Positions 1-8,520 of a stretch of 64,000 bases of DNA are shown here, piece by piece (positions within the stretch are counted from its first letter, which is position 1; every line of letters starts with the position of its first letter). The notes below the pieces were generated by a model that worked only from the letters and a program-made list of their open reading frames with translations, was not told the origin of the DNA and did not search any database. The translations under genes were made by a program, and so were the position numbers. Source of the DNA: an uncultured Clostridia bacterium (lineage in GTDB: Bacteria > Bacillota > Clostridia > Christensenellales > UBA1242); NCBI GenBank assembly GCA_947629505.1, contig CANRDW010000001.1, forward strand, positions 7,750 to 71,749, in the 5' to 3' direction.

Positions 1-545
1 ATATGAAAAAGGAAGGCAAGTGGATAACGATAGAACACATCCGAAACGACATATCCATTTGCATTTCTTGGGTCACACACGCCCATGTGCCAATTTATCG
101 CCATCGCCTCCTCACGCGTAAGTTTCATAAAGCCAGAAATCATATAGACAGACTTTTCGCCATGTCCATATGGCAAAGTGTCGTTGTATTTATAATAAGG
201 CTTTTGCACCCACTGTCCATCAACTTTTACATTCTTTGAATCAACCGTGTAAGTGTTCACTTTGCACAAGTCATGCAAGAGCGCAATTATCGCAACACTT
301 TCTGGGCTTATCATCTCAGTCCACTTATCTCCATATTCCCCTTCAAGCAGTTTTAAAAATCTTTTGTAAACATTTATGCTGTGCAGACAAAGTCCGCCCT
401 CAAAATTATTGTGGCGTCTGCCAGATGCGGGTGCTGTGAAAAAATCCGTCTTTTCAAGATAGTTTAAAAGTTCTTCCGCACCATCACGCTCGATGTTGTC
501 ATAATAAATTTCCAAAAATTCTTGCTTAATCTCTTGTAAATCCAT
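1..545 (-). CDS. HD-domain metal-dependent phosphohydrolase (3' end runs off window)
   Basis: Absent from the ORF track because it has no stop inside the window. ATG at 545-543 is preceded by AAAGGGGAG. Translation MDLQEIKQEFLEIYYDNIERDGAEELLNYLEKTDFFTAPASGRRHNNFEGGLCLHSINVYKRF...VAIIALLHDLCKV carries the H...GGL..H and HD motifs of HD hydrolases. The frame stays open to nt 1. Confidence 0.6.
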   Translation of the reverse strand, partial: MDLQEIKQEFLEIYYDNIERDGAEELLNYLEKTDFFTAPASGRRHNNFEGGLCLHSINVYKRFLKLLEGEYGDKWTEMISPESVAIIALLHDLCKVNTYTVDSKNVKVDGQWVQKPYYKYNDTLPYGHGEKSVYMISGFMKLTREEAMAINWHMGVCDPRNANGYVVSDVFYRYPLAFLFH

Positions 546-565
546 TTTTATCTCCCCTTTTTATT

Positions 566-1498
566 TTAGCAGTAAAGAATGCCAAAAATCAAATAATAAA
601 GTGCGTTTTCAATCTGCATTTGTCCATTTTTGATGTAAAAATCAACATCGTTGAGCATTTCATATATGTTTTTAAGTTGAATTTTTGTGAAATTTTTGGA
701 AAGTTCACGCGCTTTTACAATGGCAAATTCTTTCACAGAAAGCATATTTGACAGTTCCTTGTCCGAAAGCCCCGAAACTGCCACAAAGAAAAGCCTTCTG
801 AAATGATTTAAAACAAGTGTGAAAGTTTTTGTGTCTTTTTCCATCAAATTCAAAAGTGTAACCGCCCTGTCAGCATCTCTTTTTGAAAGCGCATCTGTAA
901 GTTCATACACTGTGAATTCATCCTCTTTGCAGACCAGATTTTTTATGTCTTTTTCATTTATCTCAACATCGTCACAGGCGCAGAGTTTGTCAAGTTCGTT
1001 TTTTATCAGCGAATAATAATTGCAGCACGCCTCAATCAAATCTTGGCACGCTCCGTCTGTGATGGTTTTTCCTTTGCTTTTGAGTTCTGCACGAATAATC
1101 TCTGAAAGTGAGTGGTCATCCATGCGCTTTGCACTCACTTTTTCTGCAATCAAAAAGTCAAATTTATTGAAAAAGTCAAAAATCACAAGACAGGTGCTTA
1201 AAACAGGCGTTTTTAAGTAATCTCGCAGTTTTTTCTTGAAATTTTCATTGATTTTGGCAATATTTTTAAGCAAAACCACTTTTTTCTCACTTCCCATAGG
1301 CAGCGTTTCACACGAATTTATCACCGCATCCGCATCAAAACTATCTTCATCAAAAACGATGAAGTTGAAATCTTCCATTTGCAAATTTGACGCCTTTTTG
1401 ATAAGTTCAAGCGCCTTGTCATACAAGAGAATGTCCTCCCCTTGAATGATGTAGCACGGCTCTATTTTTTTAGATAATCTCGCTTTTAAAGTTTTCAA
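566..1498 (-). CDS. holA: DNA polymerase III subunit delta
   Basis: The N-terminus ...KKIEPCYIIQGEDILLYDKALELIKK... is typical of HolA, and comEC-holA synteny is conserved in Bacillota. I place the start at TTG 1498-1496: GGAGG lies 8 nt upstream and TTGA overlaps the comEC stop. The track start at 1615 would overlap comEC by 120 nt. Confidence 0.8.
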   Translation of the reverse strand: MKTLKARLSKKIEPCYIIQGEDILLYDKALELIKKASNLQMEDFNFIVFDEDSFDADAVINSCETLPMGSEKKVVLLKNIAKINENFKKKLRDYLKTPVLSTCLVIFDFFNKFDFLIAEKVSAKRMDDHSLSEIIRAELKSKGKTITDGACQDLIEACCNYYSLIKNELDKLCACDDVEINEKDIKNLVCKEDEFTVYELTDALSKRDADRAVTLLNLMEKDTKTFTLVLNHFRRLFFVAVSGLSDKELSNMLSVKEFAIVKARELSKNFTKIQLKNIYEMLNDVDFYIKNGQMQIENALYYLIFGILYC

Positions 1499-3624
1499 TC
1501 TAAACACCTCCACTTTTGATTTTCCAAGTTGCAAGTCATATTTCCGTTTTGCAGAAAGTTGAAATCCACAAATTCGCCACTTTGATATGCCAAAACTTTG
1601 CAATTTTCGTTGCAATCTTTTGCAACTTCAGTCTGTTTGCCCACAAAGGCAATGTCATAGTCCTCAAAGCCAAGTGCCTTTGAATCTGTTTGTTTATCTT
1701 TTAAGATGAAAATCTTTGTGTTGTCAAAGGAAATTTCAAGCCCCAAAATTTTGTTTTCATAGGATTTGTAGCAAAAGGTGAAAGCCCCTGCAAAGCCAAC
1801 TTCATCAAGAGAAACAACAACTTCTTCATCAAAGCCCTGACCACTGCCCCAGCGAATGACATTTTCAATGCCAAGTTCTCTTGACACCATTATATCATAA
1901 GTTGTGTCTTGCAATACAAACGCTGTTTCAACATTTTTTATATTTAAACTGTCCAGCGCCTTGCGGCAAAAATCATAAGAGCCCAAATCGACAAATGCAG
2001 TTTGCCCATTTTTGCTGTGCAAGACAACAACGCTTTCTGTGAAATAATAACAATAAGAAACGCTTGCCGCAGTTGGCAACTCGGCAAAACTCAATCCAAA
2101 GAAAACCGCACTTAAACTGAAAAATATACTGCTTAAAATCGCTTTAAATTTCTTTGACGCCAAACAATATCTGCTTGCAAAGAAGATTCCAAAATAGAGA
2201 AAGGCTGAAAAGAAGATATCCAAAGGCACAAGTGTGAACTTTGCACTCGTCTGCCCGAAAAAGACGGCTATTTCTTTTATAAGCGAAAATCCAAAGCCAC
2301 AGCCCGACAGCAAAAATCCCATGAATGAAAGAATCAGCACAAGAAGTGTGCAGACAACCAAAACGGGATACAGCACGGAAAACAGCGGGATTATCAGGAA
2401 ATTTACAAAAAATGTTAGAAAATTGAAAGTTGTCATCATCTTTGCCATAAAAGGCAAAATGCCTATTTGAATGCCAACCGAAACTGCAAACCCGTCCGCA
2501 ACAACTTTTGGAAAAGCCTTGCGAAAAAGTTTTGAAAGAAATGGAGAGATGACCAAAATTGAAAGCACGCAAAAGAAACTCATTTGAAAGCCGATGTCAA
2601 GTGCGGAAAGTGGCATGAAAAACAGAATGATTATGCCTGCAAGCCCAAGCGCGCTTAGATTGTCATATCTTTTTCCACTCATGCTGCACGAAAACATGAT
2701 AAGTGCCATCAGCCCCGACCTTAAAATTGACGGCGAAAAATTGCAAAGATAGGCATAAATGCCAAGCACAAGGGCGGAGATAAGAAAATTCAGCCATTTT
2801 TTGACTTTAAGTTTTTTAAGGAAAAAGCCAATAAGCGCAATCAAAAATCCAACATGCAGGCCCGAAACAGCCACAAGATGCACGATGCCAGCCGATTTGT
2901 AGGCATCATAGGTGTCGCCATCAATTCCGTTTTTATCTCCAAAAAGCACAGCAAACGCCACCGAGCCGTTTTCCTGCCCCATATTTTTATACAAAAGTTC
3001 TTTGACTTTAAGCCTAAAACTTTCGTCAAAGCGAATTTTGTTGCCCTGAACGACAACATCGCTCAAATTTGTCGAGCAAACATATGGCGTTCTGTCACGA
3101 TAATAAAAACTTTGGAAATTTTCAAACTGAAAAAGTTTCGCATTTTGAACTTCGCCATAAAAGGAAATGATATCTCCCACTTTAAGTGTGTTTTGCCCGT
3201 TGTAACTCACCGTCAAACGAATATTCCCGGCGCGCTGCCCGGAGATTGTCACATCTTTCAAAACAATCGTGCTGGATGTGCTGTAATTTGAATTTTGATA
3301 GTCGTCACTTACGCGGCCGACAATCTGCTGCGTGCCAAGATAAGTTTTCCCCGTGAAAGTTGAAGTTCCAACAAAAAACCAGCCAAAACCGATAAGACAA
3401 ACTCCCAAAACCGCAAAAAGCATTTTAATTCGTTTGAAGCAAAGGCAATATATCACAAAAATTGCAAGAATCACCGCATCAAAGATTATGTATTTTAAAT
3501 TGCCTTGAAAAACAAACTTTGATGTGCAAATTGCAAACATCAAAGCCAAAAAGCAATAAAAAATAGGTCTTGAATGAAAAATTTTCTTGCGCTCTTCCAT
3601 ATTTATAAGATAAGAATAACACAA
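1495..3624 (-). CDS. comEC: ComEC/Rec2 family competence channel protein
   Basis: 709-aa polytopic membrane ORF with the competence-domain motif LVAVSGLHVGF. It sits immediately upstream of holA. The start is ambiguous (TTG 3624 or ATG 3600, neither with a clear RBS). Confidence 0.8.
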   Translation of the reverse strand: MCYSYLINMEERKKIFHSRPIFYCFLALMFAICTSKFVFQGNLKYIIFDAVILAIFVIYCLCFKRIKMLFAVLGVCLIGFGWFFVGTSTFTGKTYLGTQQIVGRVSDDYQNSNYSTSSTIVLKDVTISGQRAGNIRLTVSYNGQNTLKVGDIISFYGEVQNAKLFQFENFQSFYYRDRTPYVCSTNLSDVVVQGNKIRFDESFRLKVKELLYKNMGQENGSVAFAVLFGDKNGIDGDTYDAYKSAGIVHLVAVSGLHVGFLIALIGFFLKKLKVKKWLNFLISALVLGIYAYLCNFSPSILRSGLMALIMFSCSMSGKRYDNLSALGLAGIIILFFMPLSALDIGFQMSFFCVLSILVISPFLSKLFRKAFPKVVADGFAVSVGIQIGILPFMAKMMTTFNFLTFFVNFLIIPLFSVLYPVLVVCTLLVLILSFMGFLLSGCGFGFSLIKEIAVFFGQTSAKFTLVPLDIFFSAFLYFGIFFASRYCLASKKFKAILSSIFFSLSAVFFGLSFAELPTAASVSYCYYFTESVVVLHSKNGQTAFVDLGSYDFCRKALDSLNIKNVETAFVLQDTTYDIMVSRELGIENVIRWGSGQGFDEEVVVSLDEVGFAGAFTFCYKSYENKILGLEISFDNTKIFILKDKQTDSKALGFEDYDIAFVGKQTEVAKDCNENCKVLAYQSGEFVDFNFLQNGNMTCNLENQKWRCLD

Positions 3625-3642
3625 ATCAAGAAAATTTGCAAT

Positions 3643-3915
3643 TTATCTGACAAATTCGGCAAAATTTTTGTAGCCCTTAAAGGCAACAACTTTCTTTGCC
3701 GGCCTAATGTAAAAACGCTTTGTCTGTGGATTTAAAAACTTGCGCGGCTTTCTTTCTGTGAGCGTAAATTTGCCAAAATCCCTAATCGCCACACTTTGCC
3801 CTTTGCCGCAGACTTCAAGCACACAATTTTTAAATTCATTTAAAAACAATTCACAATTTCTTTTTGAAAGTTTTGTCTTTTTGGACAGCACTTCAACAAA
3901 CTCTTTTTTGTTCAT
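3643..3915 (-). CDS. hup: HU family DNA-binding protein
   Basis: 90 aa. MNKKEFVEVLSKKTKLSKRNCELFLNEF...RKPRKFLNPQTKRFYIRPAKKVVAFKG matches the HU/IHF fold pattern. RBS AGGGGAG. Confidence 0.9.
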   Translation of the reverse strand: MNKKEFVEVLSKKTKLSKRNCELFLNEFKNCVLEVCGKGQSVAIRDFGKFTLTERKPRKFLNPQTKRFYIRPAKKVVAFKGYKNFAEFVR

Positions 3916-3933
3916 AACTCCCCTAAGTGACGA

Positions 3934-5463
3934 TTAACTTTCCTTGTGTTTTTTAAACATTCTTTTTGGCAAAATTTTTATTGCATATGGCACAGTGATC
4001 ACAAAATACACCACCATTCCCATCAAAATTGCCAAAAACATGCCCAAATATGTGTTGTTTGTGAAACTCTTTAAAAAAGTAAAAACTGCCAAAAACATCA
4101 ACAAAGTTGCAAAAATAAGCAAAAATAATTCAAAAAAACTCACTTTAAACGCAGAAATTTGTTTAAGTTTCCAAAGCGCCAAAACACTGACTGTGGAAGC
4201 AAGCACAATGTTTCCAAGCACAAGCGCAAAAATGTTGATTGACGGCACAGCGCTGAAAATGAAAGTTATCGCCCCTTTCAAAACGCCGGCAATAGCAGTT
4301 ATGATGAGAATAAACTTAAACTTGCCGTGCGCCAAAAGCAGCATGTTGAGATATTGCATAATCGCTGTGAAAATGATTGCAAAAGCGCCATAAAACATGA
4401 GTGAAAAAGCAATATCCAAAAGTGCGGCGGAAATATCTGGATAAAAAATTTGCAAAAGTGGTTTTGAAATTGCAACAACGCCAAAAGTTGTGGGCAAAAT
4501 GAGAAACAAAAGCATTTTAAAGCCCTTTTCAATCATAAATCGCCCACCCGAGCCTTTTGAAATAAGAAAGGATATGTTTGGCAGCAGCGTTGTGGTCACA
4601 GACATGGAAATGATAAGCGGAAAATTCAAAATAGCCCCAACAATGCCAGATTGCAACCCAAAAAGACTTGTTGCATCGGCATTTGAAAAGCCCGCCCGCA
4701 TAAGTTGTGGCACAATCACAAGTGCATCAAACGCATTCACAAGTGGAAGTATGCACGCAGAAAGTGTCAGCAAAAAATTTGCTTTGTCAAATTCACGTTT
4801 ATCTTCTTTTGCTCCACTTTCGCCTTTATATATATGTTTATTTTTTAATAGAAATAATATAAATATATATATAAAGGAAAAAAGTTCGCTTAAAACAATC
4901 CCTAAAAACGCACCGAACACACCCGCACCTACATTTATTTTTGAAAAGTAATATGCAAACAAAAGCCCAAAAACAAATTTGAAAACCTGCTCAACAACTT
5001 GCGACACTGCCGTTGGCAACATGTTTTCATAGCCCTGAAAAAATCCGCGCAGACACGCAAGCAACGCTCCAAGTGGCAACAGCACCAAAAATAACATATA
5101 AGATGTTGTTGCGTCAATCCCTTGAAACGCGCTTATAAACTTTCCAAAAACTAAAAAGACAAACCCCACGCCAAGTGCGAACAGACATGAAAAGCTCATT
5201 GCGCGAAAAAAGTAGGTTTTCACTTTAAACTGTTTGTTTTCGGCACGTGCGGACGAAATGAGTTTTGAAAGCGAATTTGTCACGCCGCCACTTGTAATCA
5301 CAAGCGCAAAAGCATAGATTGTCATTACAAGTTGAAAAATCCCAATTCCGCCAATTCCTAAAAGCCTTGTAAGTGGCAAACGAAACAAAAGTCCAAGTAA
5401 TTTGCACACAAAACCGCTTAAAATAAGCACAAAAGCCCCAAAACCAACACCCATTTTCCTCAT
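3934..5463 (-). CDS. MOP-superfamily flippase (SpoVB/MurJ-like polysaccharide or lipid II flippase)
   Basis: 509 aa with many TM helices. The N-terminus FVCKLLGLLFRLPLTRLLGIGGIGIFQLVMTIY is typical of SpoVB/MurJ-type proteins. Confidence 0.75.
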   Translation of the reverse strand: MRKMGVGFGAFVLILSGFVCKLLGLLFRLPLTRLLGIGGIGIFQLVMTIYAFALVITSGGVTNSLSKLISSARAENKQFKVKTYFFRAMSFSCLFALGVGFVFLVFGKFISAFQGIDATTSYMLFLVLLPLGALLACLRGFFQGYENMLPTAVSQVVEQVFKFVFGLLFAYYFSKINVGAGVFGAFLGIVLSELFSFIYIFILFLLKNKHIYKGESGAKEDKREFDKANFLLTLSACILPLVNAFDALVIVPQLMRAGFSNADATSLFGLQSGIVGAILNFPLIISMSVTTTLLPNISFLISKGSGGRFMIEKGFKMLLFLILPTTFGVVAISKPLLQIFYPDISAALLDIAFSLMFYGAFAIIFTAIMQYLNMLLLAHGKFKFILIITAIAGVLKGAITFIFSAVPSINIFALVLGNIVLASTVSVLALWKLKQISAFKVSFFELFLLIFATLLMFLAVFTFLKSFTNNTYLGMFLAILMGMVVYFVITVPYAIKILPKRMFKKHKES

Positions 5464-5521
5464 AAACGCCCCACTTTAAAAGATTTTTGCCAAAATTTTT
5501 AAAAAATTTCTAAAAAGAGTA

Positions 5522-5550
5522 TTTACAAATTGAAAATTGTGTGTTAAAAT
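5522..5550 (+). promoter_or_regulatory. sigma-A type promoter for the 176-aa gene
   Basis: TTTACA (5522-5527), 17-nt spacer, TGtTAAAAT (extended -10, hexamer 5545-5550). Confidence 0.45.
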
Positions 5551-5581
5551 AAAGGCAAGTAAACATAGGAGGTATAAATAT

Positions 5582-6112
5582 ATGGAAAATCGCGACAATG
5601 TAAAACATATTATTACTATTAAAGACAACAGTATAGCACAACCATATGACCCAAATAAACTTGTTGATTTGATAAATGGCACAATCAACTTTGTTCCAGA
5701 TAAAAAGGGAAATGGTGAAAACACAATAGTTGGTGCATACTGCAAAAATAATATTTTTACAAACGCTTCTATCGAAGATTACAATGCTTTTAACTTACAT
5801 CAAAATGTTTCTCTGGACCTTGAATTGATAAAGGCCTTGAAAAAAGCACACTTATCTATTCAATTTGTAGATTGCCAATTTTATACAGATAAATTTAACA
5901 GAGAAATCAAGCCTTTATTAGCAACAAATCCACAACAATTTGAAGTAAAATTGCGTGATTATGCAGAAATGGTTAGATTGTCAGTTAAAGAAGTTATGGA
6001 GAACAATGTCAAAACAGCTATTAGAAATAATGTTGAAATTCAGGATGCAGAATCCCTTAAACTTAAAAATAAACTTTTAGCTAAAGATCAAACTTTATCT
6101 AGAACAAAATAA
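5582..6112 (+). CDS. hypothetical protein (176 aa), no family recognised
   Basis: ATG 5582 has AGGAGG 8 nt upstream. The track start at 5537 lies inside the promoter. A strong terminator follows. The gene is visibly more AT-rich than the flanking housekeeping genes. Confidence 0.6.
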   Translation: MENRDNVKHIITIKDNSIAQPYDPNKLVDLINGTINFVPDKKGNGENTIVGAYCKNNIFTNASIEDYNAFNLHQNVSLDLELIKALKKAHLSIQFVDCQFYTDKFNREIKPLLATNPQQFEVKLRDYAEMVRLSVKEVMENNVKTAIRNNVEIQDAESLKLKNKLLAKDQTLSRTK

Positions 6113-6114
6113 AT

Positions 6115-6148
6115 AAAAAATCACAATTTGAAATTGTGATTTTTTTTG
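6115..6148. terminator. bidirectional rho-independent terminator
   Basis: A6, TCACAA(ttt g aaa)TTGTGA, T8, lying between convergent genes. Confidence 0.7.
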
Positions 6149-6161
6149 CTATATTTTTTAT

Positions 6162-7616
6162 TTATTTGCCACCTATTTCTCTTGTTGCAGTCCATGACTT
6201 CGGCTCAACAGACTTTGTATGGTCATTGACTGACCTTTCATTAACGATTTCTTGATTAATATCCCCCTTTGATGTTACTACACTATTTGTTGAATAAGAT
6301 TGTTCTGCAACAGGCGGGGTATTCTCATTATTAGACCTTTCACTAACACCACTTGGATTAGAAGCTTCTCTATCTCCTATTTCTCTTTCTTGACCAGATC
6401 TCATATGTTGATCAATGGTTTTTGTAGTTCCATTTTCACCTAGACCATTTGCTCTCCTTACCGCACCAATATCAATATTATTAAATAAATCGTCATCCGA
6501 TGTTTTTTGATTTGATTTGCCCGACTCTCCCTTAAAATTTTTCTCTGCTGCTCCATTTTTAGGAGAAGCCGGCCTGACAGGTGTCCCACCTTTTACAGTT
6601 CCGCCACCGCCCTTTTTCTTTTTGTCATCTTTCTTTTTGTTGTCTTTTTTCTTATCATCTTTCTTTTTATCGTCTTTTTTAGCGGGTTTTGATGCTTTCT
6701 TTGCAGGCTTTTTCTTTGCGGCAGGCTTTACTTCTTGTTCCTCTTCTTTCTTTTCTTCTTTTTTTTCTTCTTGTTTTTTTGGCTTAACAGTTTCGATAAT
6801 CGAAGGATTTTTCTTTGCTTCTATGTTTTTTATAGGTTTTACATAGCCCTCAACAATCTTTCTGCCGTTTTCATTTGCCAAAATTGTGTTTAAAAGGTTG
6901 TTCTTTTTGATGATGCTGTCCAAAATGCGTTTTTGCAAGATAAAATCATTTGCTGCATCAGGATTTTCTTTTAAAATCTTTTCCATCAGCATTTTAAATT
7001 CATATTCTGCTTTTTGCCCCTCTTCGCCCAAACTTGTCAAAAATGCAAGCATTCTCATAACATAAAGTTGCCCTAAAATTGCATAAATTTCACGATTGAA
7101 CATAAATTCATCGTCAAGCATAAGCAAATATCTCAGCAAAAAGTCGTCAACTTGATAATTTTCGCCCTCATACACAACATTCCACGCTTTGAAAACCTCT
7201 TCTCTGAAAGTTGGCGAATAAGGTGCAACAATGCTGTCCAAAAGCGTGGTGTGTTTTATGTTTTCTTCCACATCATGTTCTACTTCAATAATATAAAGTT
7301 TGGCATCACAATATGTAGGTTCAATCAAAAATTCAATCTTGAAATTAAGCACAAATTGGTTGAGTTTTATTGATGCATAAGCGACATTCTCTTCAATTTT
7401 TTCAAAAACCTTTGGAATTAAGATGAGTTTTTGCCTTATGTCTTCGTTTTCAATGTTATATTTCCCATTGATAAAATTCCCAAGAAGATGGTCACTCTGT
7501 TTTCTTTGGATGTCGAGAATGCTTTCATATTCTTTTAAAAGTTTTGCTTCGTCAAATTCATTTTGTTGAACTTCCCCCTCGACGAAGTTGTTTTGATTTT
7601 TCTTTTTTCTTCCCAT
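6162..7616 (-). CDS. hypothetical protein with folded N-terminal half and Lys-rich, low-complexity C-terminal half
   Basis: 484 aa counted from ATG 7616. Residues ~270-340 read KKQEEKKEEKKEEEQEVKPAAKKKPAKKASKPAKKDDKKKDDKKKDNKKKDDKKKKGGGG. No family recognised. Confidence 0.6.
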   Translation of the reverse strand: MGRKKKNQNNFVEGEVQQNEFDEAKLLKEYESILDIQRKQSDHLLGNFINGKYNIENEDIRQKLILIPKVFEKIEENVAYASIKLNQFVLNFKIEFLIEPTYCDAKLYIIEVEHDVEENIKHTTLLDSIVAPYSPTFREEVFKAWNVVYEGENYQVDDFLLRYLLMLDDEFMFNREIYAILGQLYVMRMLAFLTSLGEEGQKAEYEFKMLMEKILKENPDAANDFILQKRILDSIIKKNNLLNTILANENGRKIVEGYVKPIKNIEAKKNPSIIETVKPKKQEEKKEEKKEEEQEVKPAAKKKPAKKASKPAKKDDKKKDDKKKDNKKKDDKKKKGGGGTVKGGTPVRPASPKNGAAEKNFKGESGKSNQKTSDDDLFNNIDIGAVRRANGLGENGTTKTIDQHMRSGQEREIGDREASNPSGVSERSNNENTPPVAEQSYSTNSVVTSKGDINQEIVNERSVNDHTKSVEPKSWTATREIGGK

Positions 7617-7622
7617 GTAATT

Positions 7623-7651
7623 ATTATACAACACCGTTTTTTTAAAAGCAA
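7623..7651 (-). promoter_or_regulatory. promoter with leaderless geometry for the 484-aa gene
   Basis: TTGCTT (7651-7646), 17 nt, TATAAT (7628-7623), 6 nt (aattac), ATG 7616. No SD. Confidence 0.45.
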
Positions 7652-7678
7652 CTATAAAAATACAAAAAACAACAATTT

Positions 7679-8251
7679 TTATATATCTTTTTTACTGACA
7701 TCCACAAAAGAGAAATGTTCGTTTTTAATTTTCACCCAACAAGACTTGTTTGTGTCAAGATTCCCACGAAAGAAAATCTTGGCATTTTTCTTTTCAGATT
7801 TTCCGTCCTCAATGTATTCAATGTCATAAAAATTGTAGCCCAAAAGATTTAAAAGTGGATTTATATAATAAAGAGAGTTGTTTATATACACAATTCCAAT
7901 CATGACAAGCACCAAAATATACACACAATATGTGCTAACAAATGACAAATCCAGCGGAATTGCAAAAAACACAAAAAGTGAAAAATATCCCAAAAAATGC
8001 TTGTCCGTTATGTTTTGTTTGGATAAAATTATCACTTTTATGGATTTTTCTTGTGAAAATTTCACATTCCACAACAGTCCCCAAACGCCTAAACCCATCA
8101 AAAGAATAAGCGTGACAAAGTTTAAGGTGTTTAAAACATTGAAAGTTAGGTTGGAATTTATCAGTTGCACGATAAGTTTTACAAACACCAAAAAATACAT
8201 CGGCACAAACGCACTTATATACAAAAGCAGATTTTTTAAAAAGACCTTCAT
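7679..8251 (-). CDS. hypothetical integral membrane protein (about 4 TM helices plus a 55-aa soluble tail)
   Basis: 190 aa. Hydrophobic segments: LLLYISAFVPMYFLVFVKLIV, FVTLILLMGLGVWGLLW, FLGYFSLFVFFAIPL, YCVYILVLVMIGIVYI. It is divergent from the 2,848-aa gene. No family recognised. Confidence 0.55.
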   Translation of the reverse strand: MKVFLKNLLLYISAFVPMYFLVFVKLIVQLINSNLTFNVLNTLNFVTLILLMGLGVWGLLWNVKFSQEKSIKVIILSKQNITDKHFLGYFSLFVFFAIPLDLSFVSTYCVYILVLVMIGIVYINNSLYYINPLLNLLGYNFYDIEYIEDGKSEKKNAKIFFRGNLDTNKSCWVKIKNEHFSFVDVSKKDI

Positions 8252-8466
8252 AATTAAATTTTGCGTAAAATTATTAAAAAAATAATAAAAAATCGATTAT
8301 TTTTTGATTTTTTTATGTATTTTTTACATTTTTTTGAATTTTTGCTATTTTTTTGATGCCTATTTTTTTCGCCGTATTTTAGGCACTTTTGAATTTTTTA
8401 TAATTTTATTTTGGATTTTTAATATTATAATATAAATTATTTATAATAATAATATCTAAATTTATT

Positions 8467-8494
8467 TTGAATTATTTTTTCTTTGTGCTAAAAT
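8467..8494 (+). promoter_or_regulatory. promoter of the 2,848-aa surface protein gene
   Basis: TTGAAT (8467-8472), 16-nt spacer, TGcTAAAAT (hexamer 8489-8494). AAAGGAG RBS at 8507-8513. Confidence 0.5.
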
Positions 8495-8520
8495 ATATTC
8501 ATAATAAAGGAGTGAAATCT

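Noticed and set aside
3-439. Plus-strand ORFs 3-239 and 170-439 at the left edge
   Set aside because: They are antisense to a much better minus-strand reading (the HD-domain hydrolase with RBS and conserved motifs) that the track omitted because it runs off the window.
2144-2572. 142-aa same-strand alternate-frame ORF inside comEC
   Set aside because: It is fully nested in the TM-rich comEC frame, has no start signals, and its translation is not protein-like.
6517-6846. Plus-strand 109-aa F/S-rich ORF
   Set aside because: It is the mirror image of the Lys/Glu-rich coding repeat of the 484-aa minus-strand gene (AAG/AAA/GAA read as CTT/TTT/TTC). This is a composition artefact.
8341-8410. Apparent sequence similarity between the AT-rich spacers at 8341-8410 and 63501-63570 as a dispersed repeat element
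   Set aside because: The alignment needs several gaps, and outside the short GC cores (reported separately as a motif hypothesis) the match is what low-complexity A/T sequence gives by chance.
8467-8520. Upstream extensions of track ORFs (8467, 1615, 5537, 22423, 24156, 24223, 24626, 26810, 32666, 44045)
   Set aside because: Each extension starts at a non-ATG or poorly placed codon, and it lies inside a promoter or overlaps the upstream gene. In every case an internal ATG (TTG for holA) with a good GGAGG-type RBS gives the expected protein N-terminus.
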